Below, piece after piece: positions 17,262-26,653 of a DNA stretch of 64,000 bases (position 1 is the stretch's first letter; every line of letters begins with the position of its first letter). Origin of the DNA: Candidatus Kaiserbacteria bacterium (lineage in GTDB: Bacteria > Patescibacteriota > Minisyncoccia > Phycocordibacterales > UBA2100); the NCBI GenBank assembly GCA_016186765.1, contig JACPLD010000002.1, positions 35,272 through 99,271 on the forward strand, given 5' to 3'. Below the pieces are notes generated by a model. The model did not search any database, had not been told where the DNA came from, and saw only the letters and a program-made list of their open reading frames with translations. The translations under genes and the position numbers were made by a program.

Positions 17262-17828
17262 ATGATCGGCCGGATCGAAGGTGAGGTGTCCGTCAAACGA
17301 GCCGGATTCGCGATACTCTCTGCAGGCGGCGTCGGCTACAAAATTGCGGCAACGCGCGAAGCGCTCGCCTCGCTGAAGACAGGAGGAAAAGCGGTGTTCT
17401 GGACGCACCTTGCTGTCCGCGAAAACTCGTTCGATCTCTATGGATTCCGCAGCGAAGACGAGCTCTGGTTCTTCGAGCTCCTTCTCACCGTTCCTGGCGT
17501 CGGTCCCAAATCAGCGCTCGCCATTCTTGATCTTGCTCCGGTGGAGACCTTGCGCTCGGCGATCGCGCAGGGAAACGCGCAGTACCTAACGAAAGTCTCC
17601 GGCGTCGGGAGAAAAACTGCGGAAAAAATCATCCTCGAATTGCGCGAGAAGGTGGGGAGAGGCGCGGGAGGGGCTGCCTTGCAAGGCGATGAGGATGCCC
17701 TTGAGGCTCTTGCGAGCCTCGGCTACTCGCTCCATGAAGCGCGCGACGCGCTCCGTAAAGTGCCCCATTCGCTTACCGAGGGGAGCGCCAGGCTGCGCGC
17801 CGCACTGAAGATTCTCGGTGCGAAGTAA
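17262..17828 (+). CDS. ruvA: Holliday junction helicase subunit RuvA
   Basis: MIGRIEGEV...GVGYKI...LLTVPGVGPKSALAIL...VSGVGRKTAEKI. The upstream ORF extension was rejected. Confidence 0.8.
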   Translation: MIGRIEGEVSVKRAGFAILSAGGVGYKIAATREALASLKTGGKAVFWTHLAVRENSFDLYGFRSEDELWFFELLLTVPGVGPKSALAILDLAPVETLRSAIAQGNAQYLTKVSGVGRKTAEKIILELREKVGRGAGGAALQGDEDALEALASLGYSLHEARDALRKVPHSLTEGSARLRAALKILGAK

Positions 17829-17830
17829 GC

Positions 17831-19180
17831 ATGCTTAGGGCTCTCAAAGAACTCGTGCACACGCTCGTTCCCTCGCCGATCCTCACGAGGATCCTCTCCG
17901 CCTACCACTTTATGCTCGCTTCCCTTGCGGCAGTCGTCTACGGCTTTCCTTCGCGTTTTCTCTTCGTCGTCGGGGTCACCGGGACAAAAGGAAAAACGAC
18001 CGTGACGGAGATGGTAAACATAATTCTCGAAGAAGCGGGGCATACTACCGCTCTCATAAACTCCATACACTTCAAGATTGGGGAGAAATCAGAACCGAAT
18101 CTCACGCGCATGTCGATGCCGGGACGTTTCTTCATTCAAAAGTTTTTGAGCGACGCCGTACGCGCTCAGTGCACAGCTGCCGTCTTAGAGATGACCTCCG
18201 AAGGCGCGAGGCAACATCGCCATCGATTCATCGATCTGAACGCGCTCATCTTCACCAACTTCGCACCTGAGCACATCGAATCTCACGGCTCGATCGAGGC
18301 GTATGCGAATACGAAGTTCGAGATCGGCAAAGAGCTCGCGCGCTCGAATAAACGTCCACGCTTCATCGTGGCAAATGCTGAGGACAAAGAGGCTACTCGC
18401 TACCTTAGCTTGCCCGTCGAATACGCACTTCCCTTTTTGCTCGCTGCAGAAAACGCCTCGGCCGACGAGCACGGCGGCTCGTTCATGATCGATGGAACAC
18501 GAGTAACGATTAGTTTGCCCGGCGCGTTTTCGCTACGCAACGCGCTTTCAGCGGCTATGCTTGCGCGCGCGCTGGGGATCGCACCCGCGGTGATCGCACG
18601 AGCACTCGAAAAACTGAAAAAAGTCCCCGGGCGCGCGGAGCGAATCGAAGCCGGCCCCGCCTTCGCCAAGGCTTCGGCGGGCAAGCAGAGTTTCACCGTC
18701 GTCGTCGATTATGCGCATACGCCCGATTCCCTCGCAGCGCTCTACGACGCCTATCGCAACGTAAAGAAAATTTGCGTCGTAAGCGCAACGGGCGGAGGGC
18801 GAGATACGTGGAAACGCCCCGTCATGGGACACATCGCCGAGGAACAATGCGAGACCGTCATCCTCACGAACGAGGATCCATACGACGAGGATCCACAGCA
18901 GATTGCCGAGGACATCGCGCGGGGTATGAGCAAGCGCCCAGAAATTATCATGGACAGGCGCGAGGCGATTTCGAGAGCTCTCGAAATCGCCCTGAGTATG
19001 TCGAAGGGCATCCCTCGACAGGCTCGGGATCCCAGTAATCAAAACGGCATCGCCGTTTTGATTACTGGGAAAGGCACAGATCCTTCCATCTGCGGACCAC
19101 GCGGCACAAAAATTCCCTGGAACGACGGGCAGGTTGCGCGCGAGGAGCTCGAAGCTCTCCTCAAGAAAGGCACGGTGTAA
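17831..19180 (+). CDS. murE: Mur ligase, MurE-like (UDP-MurNAc-tripeptide synthetase)
   Basis: GVTGTKGKTT P-loop and the DYAHTPDSL signature. Confidence 0.65.
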   Translation: MLRALKELVHTLVPSPILTRILSAYHFMLASLAAVVYGFPSRFLFVVGVTGTKGKTTVTEMVNIILEEAGHTTALINSIHFKIGEKSEPNLTRMSMPGRFFIQKFLSDAVRAQCTAAVLEMTSEGARQHRHRFIDLNALIFTNFAPEHIESHGSIEAYANTKFEIGKELARSNKRPRFIVANAEDKEATRYLSLPVEYALPFLLAAENASADEHGGSFMIDGTRVTISLPGAFSLRNALSAAMLARALGIAPAVIARALEKLKKVPGRAERIEAGPAFAKASAGKQSFTVVVDYAHTPDSLAALYDAYRNVKKICVVSATGGGRDTWKRPVMGHIAEEQCETVILTNEDPYDEDPQQIAEDIARGMSKRPEIIMDRREAISRALEIALSMSKGIPRQARDPSNQNGIAVLITGKGTDPSICGPRGTKIPWNDGQVAREELEALLKKGTV

Positions 19181-19210
19181 TCGTTTCGTTGGCTATAATG
19201 GGATGGAAGT

Positions 19211-20212
19211 ATGATCGTCCGTGTCCTCATCGGCTTTGCGATCGTCACACTCGCCGTGCTCATTTTCCTTTGGCTTGCGACAGGCGGTGTGCAAGAGATT
19301 GCCACTATCGCGCGCGGGATTACCAATCCGCTCCGTATTTTTAGCGGAGGATTGAGTTCGTTTCGCCTCCCCTGGCAGCCTGAACAGCTGACGCGTGGCC
19401 CGATCGTGAACGCTGGTGAAGAAATTCCAGGTACAGAAGGTACACAAGAGCACGGTGCGCCGGAAGAAGAGTTGGCCGGTGCACAGAAAGAGTACGACGC
19501 TATCGTGAAGGAGATGCAGTCAGCACAGAATTTCGGCGAGCCTTCGCCGTACCGTGGGCAGGTAACGCTTATGCAAGCCTCTGCTGCACAAAGCGGCGCT
19601 TCAGAGGAGTACATGGAGCTCGAAGCTGCATGGGACAACACAGCACCAGTGAAGATAAGCGGTTGGTCGCTCCAGAGCGCACTCACGGGCATTCGCGCCT
19701 ACGTGCCGCGCGGCGCGCATCCTTTCATCTTGGGTTCCGTCAACATACAAAACGACATCTACCTCGATCCGGGCAGCTCTGCTATCCTCCCCTCGGGAGC
19801 ATCTCCCCTTGGGACCTCATTCAGAGAGAATGCGTGCACGGGATACCTCGGCAGACTGCAGAGCTTTACGCCGCCTTTGGAGCGCGTCTGTCCCGCTCCG
19901 AGAGATGAGTTGCCGTTCACACCGGAAAACATCAGAACATATGGAGAGGCGTGCTTCGATTTCGTGCAAACGATTACCTCGTGCACTTTTCCTGCAGACG
20001 TTCCCTCGAACGTCTCGCCCGCATGCCACCTCTTTCTTGCGAACAACCTCTCCTACAACGGTTGCACGCAAAACCACCGCCATGAGAGCGATTTCGCGCG
20101 TAACACATGGCGCATGTACCTCAATGCCGGCGGCGAGCTCTGGCGCAACTCGCACGACATCATCCGATTGCTCGACCAACAAGGAAGGACTGTCGATATG
20201 GTCTCCTACTAG
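19211..20212 (+). CDS. Membrane-anchored hypothetical protein with a lamin-tail-domain (LTD)-like segment
   Basis: N-terminal TM; EYMELEAAWDNTAPVKISGWSLQS resembles the LTD core (W.EL.N.....D.SGW.L). Confidence 0.4.
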   Translation: MIVRVLIGFAIVTLAVLIFLWLATGGVQEIATIARGITNPLRIFSGGLSSFRLPWQPEQLTRGPIVNAGEEIPGTEGTQEHGAPEEELAGAQKEYDAIVKEMQSAQNFGEPSPYRGQVTLMQASAAQSGASEEYMELEAAWDNTAPVKISGWSLQSALTGIRAYVPRGAHPFILGSVNIQNDIYLDPGSSAILPSGASPLGTSFRENACTGYLGRLQSFTPPLERVCPAPRDELPFTPENIRTYGEACFDFVQTITSCTFPADVPSNVSPACHLFLANNLSYNGCTQNHRHESDFARNTWRMYLNAGGELWRNSHDIIRLLDQQGRTVDMVSY

Positions 20213-20676
20213 GCGACAGCTGAAAATAGGATGATTCCCGCGACGACAGCAACGTTGAGCGACTCTTTTTTCCCATGCATGGGAATTTCCACCAGTATGT
20301 CGCAAAGCCTACGAATCGAGGGTGGGATACCGCGCACTTCGTTGCCGAAGATAAAAAGTGTTTTTGCTCTTGCGCGAAAGCGTCGGTAATCGCGCGCACG
20401 CACATCCTGTTCGACCCCGACGATCGTCCACCCTTCACGCTTCAGACGTCGAACTACTTCCCAAGGCGAGCGCGCAGACTCCCACGAGACAAACTTCTCG
20501 GCGCCAAGCGCCGCTTTTGCGATATCTTTTCGCACTCGTCCGAAGCGGTCGTACGGAACAGGCGTATAACCGGTGAGATACATCTTCGAAACGCCTGCTG
20601 CATCGGCGGTCCGAAATATCGAGCCCACATTGTGCGTACTCCGCACGTTATGTAAGAGCACAGCGATCTCCCTCAT
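20209..20676 (-). CDS. SpoU/TrmH-family RNA 2'-O-methyltransferase
   Basis: HNVGSIFRTADAAGV...ALGAEKFV...FGNEVRGI...LNVAVVAGIIL are the SPOUT motifs. Confidence 0.7.
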   Translation of the reverse strand: MREIAVLLHNVRSTHNVGSIFRTADAAGVSKMYLTGYTPVPYDRFGRVRKDIAKAALGAEKFVSWESARSPWEVVRRLKREGWTIVGVEQDVRARDYRRFRARAKTLFIFGNEVRGIPPSIRRLCDILVEIPMHGKKESLNVAVVAGIILFSAVA

Positions 20677-20709
20677 GGCTGCACGATAGCAAGATGCTAT
20701 ACTTTCGCC

Positions 20710-21054
20710 ATGCTTTCAGTATTTCCCGAACTCCTCTTCCTCTCCCCACTCGCACCGTTTCTACTGCGCATCGCGCTTGCGATGCTTTTCGCACTCGCAG
20801 CATGGAACCATGTTGCACGTCCAGATGCTGCGTCGCGCGTGCTCGCCATCTTCGAATTCGTCGTCGCGATTGCTCTCGTCGTGGGCGCATGGACACAGCC
20901 TGCAGCACTACTTGGCGCTATCATCGCCGCGGTGTGGTTCTTCCAGAAGACAAGCCGCGTGTACGAGCTAAGTACCATCCTTCTTACGCTCGTTATATCT
21001 CTCTCACTCGTCATCACGGGCGCAGGCGCTTTCGCGGTCGATCTGCCTTTGTAG
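20710..21054 (+). CDS. DoxX-like small membrane protein
   Basis: 114 aa, three TM helices. Confidence 0.45.
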   Translation: MLSVFPELLFLSPLAPFLLRIALAMLFALAAWNHVARPDAASRVLAIFEFVVAIALVVGAWTQPAALLGAIIAAVWFFQKTSRVYELSTILLTLVISLSLVITGAGAFAVDLPL

Positions 21055-21090
21055 TAATTCGAACCTCCATCTGCTAGGATATTAAGGCAA

Positions 21091-21163
21091 CCGCCCGTAG
21101 CTCAATTGGTAGAGCAGCGACCTTTTAAGTCGTTGGTTCCGCGTTCGATTCGCGGCGGGCGGA
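21091..21163 (+). tRNA. tRNA-Lys (anticodon TTT)
   Basis: CCGCCCG/CGGGCGG acceptor, GCTC/GAGC D-stem, loop CTTTTAA, CCGCGTTCGATTCGCGG T-arm. Confidence 0.7.
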
Positions 21164-21166
21164 CCT

Positions 21167-22024
21167 GTGAACTCATTTAAACAACGCTGCATCGAACTGC
21201 GGAAGCAGGACCTGACTCTTCCGGAAATAGTGCGAATCACGGGTCGCCCGAAATCCTCCGTACACTTTCACATACAAGATATTCCACTTAGCAGTCGGAA
21301 ACTACAGAAAATTCGAGATGCAAACGTACTACACATAAGAAACATCGCATTGCAACGCAGAGGCGTGAGCGCGCGACTTTTTAAGAAATTCACGAAGTGG
21401 GACCGTGATCTGGTCTGCCTTGTCTCTCACCTACTCTTTGATGGTGAAATAAAACGCGGTGGGTGCATCTACAACAATAGAAATGCTGCGTTGCTTGAAC
21501 ATGTAGAAAGTTGCATGAAAAGAATCTACCCTGCTTCGCCAAGGCGATACATCAACACACATACCGGTGTATCTCGTATCAGCTACTTCAATGTGTCACT
21601 TGGAGAATACATAAAGGAAAAGTCGGTGCATTTGCTTCGAGCAATACCTTCAATGTCCGTGGAACTTAAAAGAGCTTTTTTACAGTCCTTTTTTGATGAT
21701 GAGGGATGTGTCAACTTTCGGCCGCACAGAAATCATCGACGGATCCGAGGATACCAAAAGGATGTGGCGATCTTGAGCGTGGTTAAAAGACTACTTGCCG
21801 ATTTTTATATTGAATCGCGCATTCAGCTTCCAAACGAAATAGTAATCATCGGTAAGGAAAATTTTCTTAAATTCCAAAAAGAAATCGATTTCTCTCCGGG
21901 CGTACGCATCAATGGAAAGCGCTCCAATAGCATCTGGAAAAAATCTCTCGAGAAGCGCGAATTGCTTGAGCGTGCAATAGCATCTTACAAACCCGTCGGA
22001 AGCAACGGCGTGCACCGTACGTAG
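21167..22024 (+). CDS. Free-standing LAGLIDADG homing endonuclease (second, divergent copy) with an N-terminal HTH
   Basis: LVSHLLFDGEI and LQSFFDDEGCVN motifs; overall layout homologous to 12462-13472. The only possible start is GTG, 3 nt after the tRNA-Lys 3' end. Confidence 0.6.
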   Translation: MNSFKQRCIELRKQDLTLPEIVRITGRPKSSVHFHIQDIPLSSRKLQKIRDANVLHIRNIALQRRGVSARLFKKFTKWDRDLVCLVSHLLFDGEIKRGGCIYNNRNAALLEHVESCMKRIYPASPRRYINTHTGVSRISYFNVSLGEYIKEKSVHLLRAIPSMSVELKRAFLQSFFDDEGCVNFRPHRNHRRIRGYQKDVAILSVVKRLLADFYIESRIQLPNEIVIIGKENFLKFQKEIDFSPGVRINGKRSNSIWKKSLEKRELLERAIASYKPVGSNGVHRT

Positions 22025-22030
22025 TGCGGA

Positions 22031-23419
22031 CTAAATTGTGAGTTGAACCGTTACGTAGTCCGTCACGGGCGTTCCGCCAGGAGTGAGACACGAGATCGTG
22101 AATGTCGTTGCGCCCGAAAGTGGGACCGTCGCGGCCCCACCCGAGAGCGAGTCTTCATTGAAGCTCCCATCGGGCGAGGTGATTGAGCAGGTTGAGACTC
22201 CCCTTGTGTTCCAAAATACCGACGTGCGCGTGCCAAGCGACACCTTATCCGGCACTGCCCAGATCTCAACCTGCGGCGGCACGGTCGGCGCCTGCGGCTG
22301 TGGGGCAGGTGCGGGGGCAGGGGCAGGAGCCGGCGGGGTTGCCTGTTTCTCGACGACGGGCACCGAGGGGGGCGCGGGAGAACCCACCTGATAGCCACGC
22401 CACGCGCAGAGACTGTCGAAGAACGCTGGCGGGATCACGAAGGAGATAACAGAAGTCCCCCATGGGCGACTCTGACACATACCCGAAACAATGCCCTGCG
22501 GCTGCCCGCCGAGCGTATCGGAGCCGTAGAAGCCAGCAACCTCCGTGTTCGCTCCAGGGTCGCGCGCCTGTGCGACGATGGTTGCGCCCCCGTCGGTCAC
22601 GACGATATCACCCCGCGTCCCGGATTGCAGATTCACCTGCTCGCCGGAGAGGTTCGTGCCGATGGCAGGAGCAGGAGGTGGTGTGGTACCTGTGGATGTC
22701 TTTACTTCCCCGAGCTTGGGAAGCGCATCGCTCACGTTCAACAATGCGCCCTCCCCGGCGCCGCTTCCGGCGTTCAGCGCATTCAAAAGCTCGTCGGAGC
22801 CGCTTGTGGTCAAAAGCGAATTTAGTGAATCTGATGTCGGGGGAACATAGTAGGCGCAAGGATCCACCGAAGGAACCGTCACCTGGTAGTACGACGTGCA
22901 GCCGCTCGCACCTCCAAGGTTTCCCGACTGCGGGGGTGGTGGCGGGGGTGGTGGCGGCTGTCCTCCACCCCCTCCACCTTGCATCGCCTGCTTCAGCATA
23001 TCCATGACACCCTTGAGCACATCCATCATTCCCTTCGCATCGCCAACGCCCTGCGATTGGCCCTGCTGGTCCGTGAAGCTCGTTCCTTCACATTTATTTG
23101 CTGCCACACATATGCCGATAACCTTCCCGCCGGGCGGTGTATCGAAACATATCCCGGGAGGGCACAGGTACGTGTTCTTGCCGCCGATGCATGTGCCGTT
23201 CGGTCCGGGGATTTTGTTGCAACCACATTTGGGTATCCAAGGATTGCACATCGCGTTCGCCGCGCCACTCATCGCTGCATAAGCAGTAAAAGGAACAACG
23301 AGGAATGCCAAAAGAAATCCCACGGTAAGAACCATCGCGAGACGAAGACTCATGCACTCAATGCTACAAGACCGTATACAATCCGCAACAGCTTTTTTTA
23401 GGATTTGTTGACACCCCAT
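22031..23419 (-). CDS. Secreted Cys-rich, poly-proline protein (paralogue B)
   Basis: Signal/TM segment, Cys-rich N-terminus, GGGGGGQPPPPPPPPPQ and PAPAPAPAPAPQPQAP runs, and a C-terminal domain WNTRGVSTCSITSPDG...ATTFTISCLTPGG...VTVQ aligned with paralogue A. Confidence 0.6.
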   Translation of the reverse strand: MGCQQILKKAVADCIRSCSIECMSLRLAMVLTVGFLLAFLVVPFTAYAAMSGAANAMCNPWIPKCGCNKIPGPNGTCIGGKNTYLCPPGICFDTPPGGKVIGICVAANKCEGTSFTDQQGQSQGVGDAKGMMDVLKGVMDMLKQAMQGGGGGGQPPPPPPPPPQSGNLGGASGCTSYYQVTVPSVDPCAYYVPPTSDSLNSLLTTSGSDELLNALNAGSGAGEGALLNVSDALPKLGEVKTSTGTTPPPAPAIGTNLSGEQVNLQSGTRGDIVVTDGGATIVAQARDPGANTEVAGFYGSDTLGGQPQGIVSGMCQSRPWGTSVISFVIPPAFFDSLCAWRGYQVGSPAPPSVPVVEKQATPPAPAPAPAPAPQPQAPTVPPQVEIWAVPDKVSLGTRTSVFWNTRGVSTCSITSPDGSFNEDSLSGGAATVPLSGATTFTISCLTPGGTPVTDYVTVQLTI

Positions 23420-23434
23420 TAGAGAACTTCGTCT

Positions 23435-24073
23435 CTAATGGGGCAGGCCCAGAATGTAGTGCTCGAGGGCATATTCGAGCTCGAAGCCCGAACGACGAGC
23501 CTCGTGGGGAAGCTCGGCCAATTCTGCGACGAGTCTTGCCGCTCGCGCTTGCGCTGCGCCGCGCGATTTCAAAAACATGTCCTTCGCCCCCCAAAAGAGA
23601 ACACCGTGGATCGCTTCGGGTGCTTCATCGCGCGAAAGCGCGCGCTGGTACTCGACCCAAAGCCGCTTCTTGTCGCCCCCTTTAAGCGCATAGGCAAGCG
23701 CGAATATTCCGCTGCGCTCCTTTTCCTTCCTCGTATCGAATCGCTTCGAAGTCTCCGCGTATTTCTCGAGCTTCTTTCGCGTATCTGCATCGAGCTTTTC
23801 CTCCAGAATAAAAAATGGTTCGTCGGATTCTTTTAGATGAATGATGTTGTCGAGCACAACGCTTCGCATCTCTTCGTTTTCGAACGTTCCGTCAAGCACA
23901 ATAGCGCATCTCTGTCCAAACATACCACCTCCCGCAAGTGCCGCTCGGAGATCTTCGAGCGAATTCGCATCTGTTATCCGAACGACGTCCCGCTTGCCCT
24001 GAGCTCGTCGAAGGGCCTTGTTCATCTCCGCGCGTGCTTTTTCTCGGTCAGTTCCAAGAAATAGGTGCAACAT
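23435..24073 (-). CDS. Hypothetical protein, possibly a short DNA polymerase III delta (HolA-like) subunit
   Basis: Position directly downstream of polA and weak N-terminal resemblance only. Confidence 0.3.
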   Translation of the reverse strand: MLHLFLGTDREKARAEMNKALRRAQGKRDVVRITDANSLEDLRAALAGGGMFGQRCAIVLDGTFENEEMRSVVLDNIIHLKESDEPFFILEEKLDADTRKKLEKYAETSKRFDTRKEKERSGIFALAYALKGGDKKRLWVEYQRALSRDEAPEAIHGVLFWGAKDMFLKSRGAAQARAARLVAELAELPHEARRSGFELEYALEHYILGLPH

Positions 24074-24183
24074 ACTCTTCTACCTTAGCATTGCGAGGCC
24101 GCGTGTGGCTTTTGGAGTCTTCGCGCAGGCCGGTGGGCCGAGCGGGAGCAATTTTCTAGCAAGAAAAGTAGCGAGCATAAAAG

Positions 24184-26568
24184 TCATACGCGGCTGAGCT
24201 TGCGTACATCGCCCCAGTTTGGTCCGATCGAGATTTCCGCAACAATCGGTACACCACTCAGTTTCTCCGAAGGTACAACAGATTCCATGATGTCGCGAAG
24301 CGCGCGCGCGACACCCTCTGCGTCGTTTTCCTCCACCTCGTAAACCAATTCGTCGTGTACCTGCAAAAGGAGCCGTGCCCTATCTCGCCATCCATTTTTC
24401 TCGATCAAGGCATCGGCCTCGACCATCGCGAGCTTGATGATGTCGGACTGCGTTCCTTGGATCGGTGCGTTGATCGCCATGCGCTCGGCCTGTGCCTTGA
24501 TGTTGGGTAGCGCGGATTGGAGCCCGGGAAAGTAGCGCCTGCGACCGAAGAGCGTTTCGGTGTAGCCAAGCCGGCTTGCTTGGGCTTTTGTCTGTTCGAT
24601 GAATCGTGCGAGGCCGGAATAATTCTTGAAGTACTCCGAAAGAAAATCTGCCGCCTCTTGCCGGGAGACATTCTCGCCGAGTGCCTGACGCAAAGCGTTC
24701 ACGCCCATGCCGTAGAGAATGCCAAAGTTGATGACCTTCGCCCTGCGGCGCATTTCGTAGTCGACGTGCTCGGGCAGAACATTGAAGACTTCCGCTGCCA
24801 CGGCGGCGTGCACGTCGCCGCCTTTCTTGAATACGTCAATGAGCTTTCGATCACCTGCAAGCCCGGCCGCCACGCGAAGCTCTATTTGCGAATAGTCTAT
24901 CGCGGAGAGCACAAAGCCCTTATCGGCAGTGAAGGCCGAGCGGATCCTGCGACCATACTCACTCTTGATGGGAATGTTTTGGAGATTGGGTTTCTCACTG
25001 GCCATGCGTCCCGTGGTCGTCCCCGCCTGCAAAAACTGCGTGCGCAGCCTACCGTCCCCGGCAATGAGTGTCGGGATTTTTTCAATATAGGTGGAGAGGA
25101 GCTTTTGGAGCTCTCGGTACGCGAGAATATCTGCAATGATGGGGTGCAAAGGCGAGAGCTTCGCGAGTTCCTCCTCGCGCGTCGTGCGCGCACCCGTCGC
25201 CGTCTTCTTGTGTCGCGCGGGCACGATCTTCAGCTCGTCGAAGAGCACCGTCGCAAGCTGCTTAGGAGAGTTCACATTGAATTCGCGTCCCGCGTGCTTA
25301 TAAATGCGACCGGCAATCTCGCCTAATCCCCGCCCATAATCGCTCGAAAGCTCTTCCAAGTACGTGGTGTCGACGAGAATGCCTGTTTTGTTCATACGCT
25401 CGACTACGGAGATGAGCGGGCGCTCGATTTTCTCGAAGATGTCATTGAGTCTGCCTGTTTTGTGCAGCTCAGAAAAAATCGCCTCCCTTGCCCGTTCGAA
25501 ATCGTCAACACCCACATAGCGCAGGATGTCCTCAAGCGAGGGACTCGTGGTGTCGGAATGCAAAAGCCAGAGTGCGATCGATGTTTCCTTGAGCGCCTGC
25601 GCATCAAGTGAGGATGAAAGACCGTCCTTCGCGTCCTTCACAGATCCTACCGCGGAGCGGACGCGCTCCTTGAGCGAGCGGAATTCGAGCTCGTCGCACA
25701 GAGCTTCGATCGAGGTCGCATTGTCCTCAAGGTGCCAGTGGCGCTTGGGCAGCTCGAAGTGGATTGGTGTGTCGGCGTGTATCGTTGCAAGCTCTTTTGA
25801 AAAGACCGCGTCATTGAAGTGCTCTTTCACGAGTTCCACGTAGCGTTTGCGCACGTCGGCGCGCTCGGCCACCTTCTCGACACCCTCCGTCGCAAGCGCC
25901 CGCGCGATATCTTCGATGCTTCCGAACGCGCGGATGAGCTTCATCGCGCTCTCCTCGCCGACGCCAGGGACACCCTTGATGTTATCCGACGGATCGCCAC
26001 GGATTCCTTTGAGATCGGTGACGTACTCGGGGCCGAAGCCGTAGCGCTCTTTCACAAGGTCAATGTCGTAGAGAAGCGTGTCGGTTATCCCTTTGCGCAT
26101 CGTGTAGACCTTCACGTTATCCGAGACGAGCTGCAGCGTATCCAAGTCTCCTGTCACGATAATAATATGCATGTCCTTGCGGAGCCCAAGCTTTTTCACG
26201 ATCGTGCCGATCACATCATCGGCCTCGTAGCCCGGTGCCTCGTAGAGCGGAATGCCGAAGGCATCAAAAATCATCGGCGCGCGCGAAAGCTGCTCTACGA
26301 GCTCCGCCTCCGCCGGCGTGCGCGTCGCTTTGTACGCTTTGAAAACTTCGTGACGGTTCGTTTTCCCCGGCAAATCGCGCGCGGCGACGATGTAGTCGGG
26401 CTTCAGATCGTCGATCGCCTTCAAGAGCGTTGCGGTGAGGCCGTAGAGTGCACCCGTGGGCTCACCCTTCGAAGTCGAGAAATCTGGTATCGCGTGGTAG
26501 GCGCGGTGCAAAATTGCGTGCGCATCGAGTATCACAAGCCGCTTACCCTTCTTGGATTTCTTTGCCAT
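24184..26568 (-). CDS. polA: DNA polymerase I (5'-3' exonuclease plus polymerase domains)
   Basis: KRLVILDAHAILHRAYHA N-terminus and DYSQIELRVAAGLAGD plus QVHDELVYE polymerase motifs. Start set at the internal ATG 26568. Confidence 0.9.
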   Translation of the reverse strand: MAKKSKKGKRLVILDAHAILHRAYHAIPDFSTSKGEPTGALYGLTATLLKAIDDLKPDYIVAARDLPGKTNRHEVFKAYKATRTPAEAELVEQLSRAPMIFDAFGIPLYEAPGYEADDVIGTIVKKLGLRKDMHIIIVTGDLDTLQLVSDNVKVYTMRKGITDTLLYDIDLVKERYGFGPEYVTDLKGIRGDPSDNIKGVPGVGEESAMKLIRAFGSIEDIARALATEGVEKVAERADVRKRYVELVKEHFNDAVFSKELATIHADTPIHFELPKRHWHLEDNATSIEALCDELEFRSLKERVRSAVGSVKDAKDGLSSSLDAQALKETSIALWLLHSDTTSPSLEDILRYVGVDDFERAREAIFSELHKTGRLNDIFEKIERPLISVVERMNKTGILVDTTYLEELSSDYGRGLGEIAGRIYKHAGREFNVNSPKQLATVLFDELKIVPARHKKTATGARTTREEELAKLSPLHPIIADILAYRELQKLLSTYIEKIPTLIAGDGRLRTQFLQAGTTTGRMASEKPNLQNIPIKSEYGRRIRSAFTADKGFVLSAIDYSQIELRVAAGLAGDRKLIDVFKKGGDVHAAVAAEVFNVLPEHVDYEMRRRAKVINFGILYGMGVNALRQALGENVSRQEAADFLSEYFKNYSGLARFIEQTKAQASRLGYTETLFGRRRYFPGLQSALPNIKAQAERMAINAPIQGTQSDIIKLAMVEADALIEKNGWRDRARLLLQVHDELVYEVEENDAEGVARALRDIMESVVPSEKLSGVPIVAEISIGPNWGDVRKLSRV

Positions 26569-26653
26569 GCACGCTGCATGATACGCCACTCGGGAGCGAA
26601 GTCGACCTCGAATCAGCGGCCTTTCCTCTCTTTTTGTGCGGTAGAATGGATGG

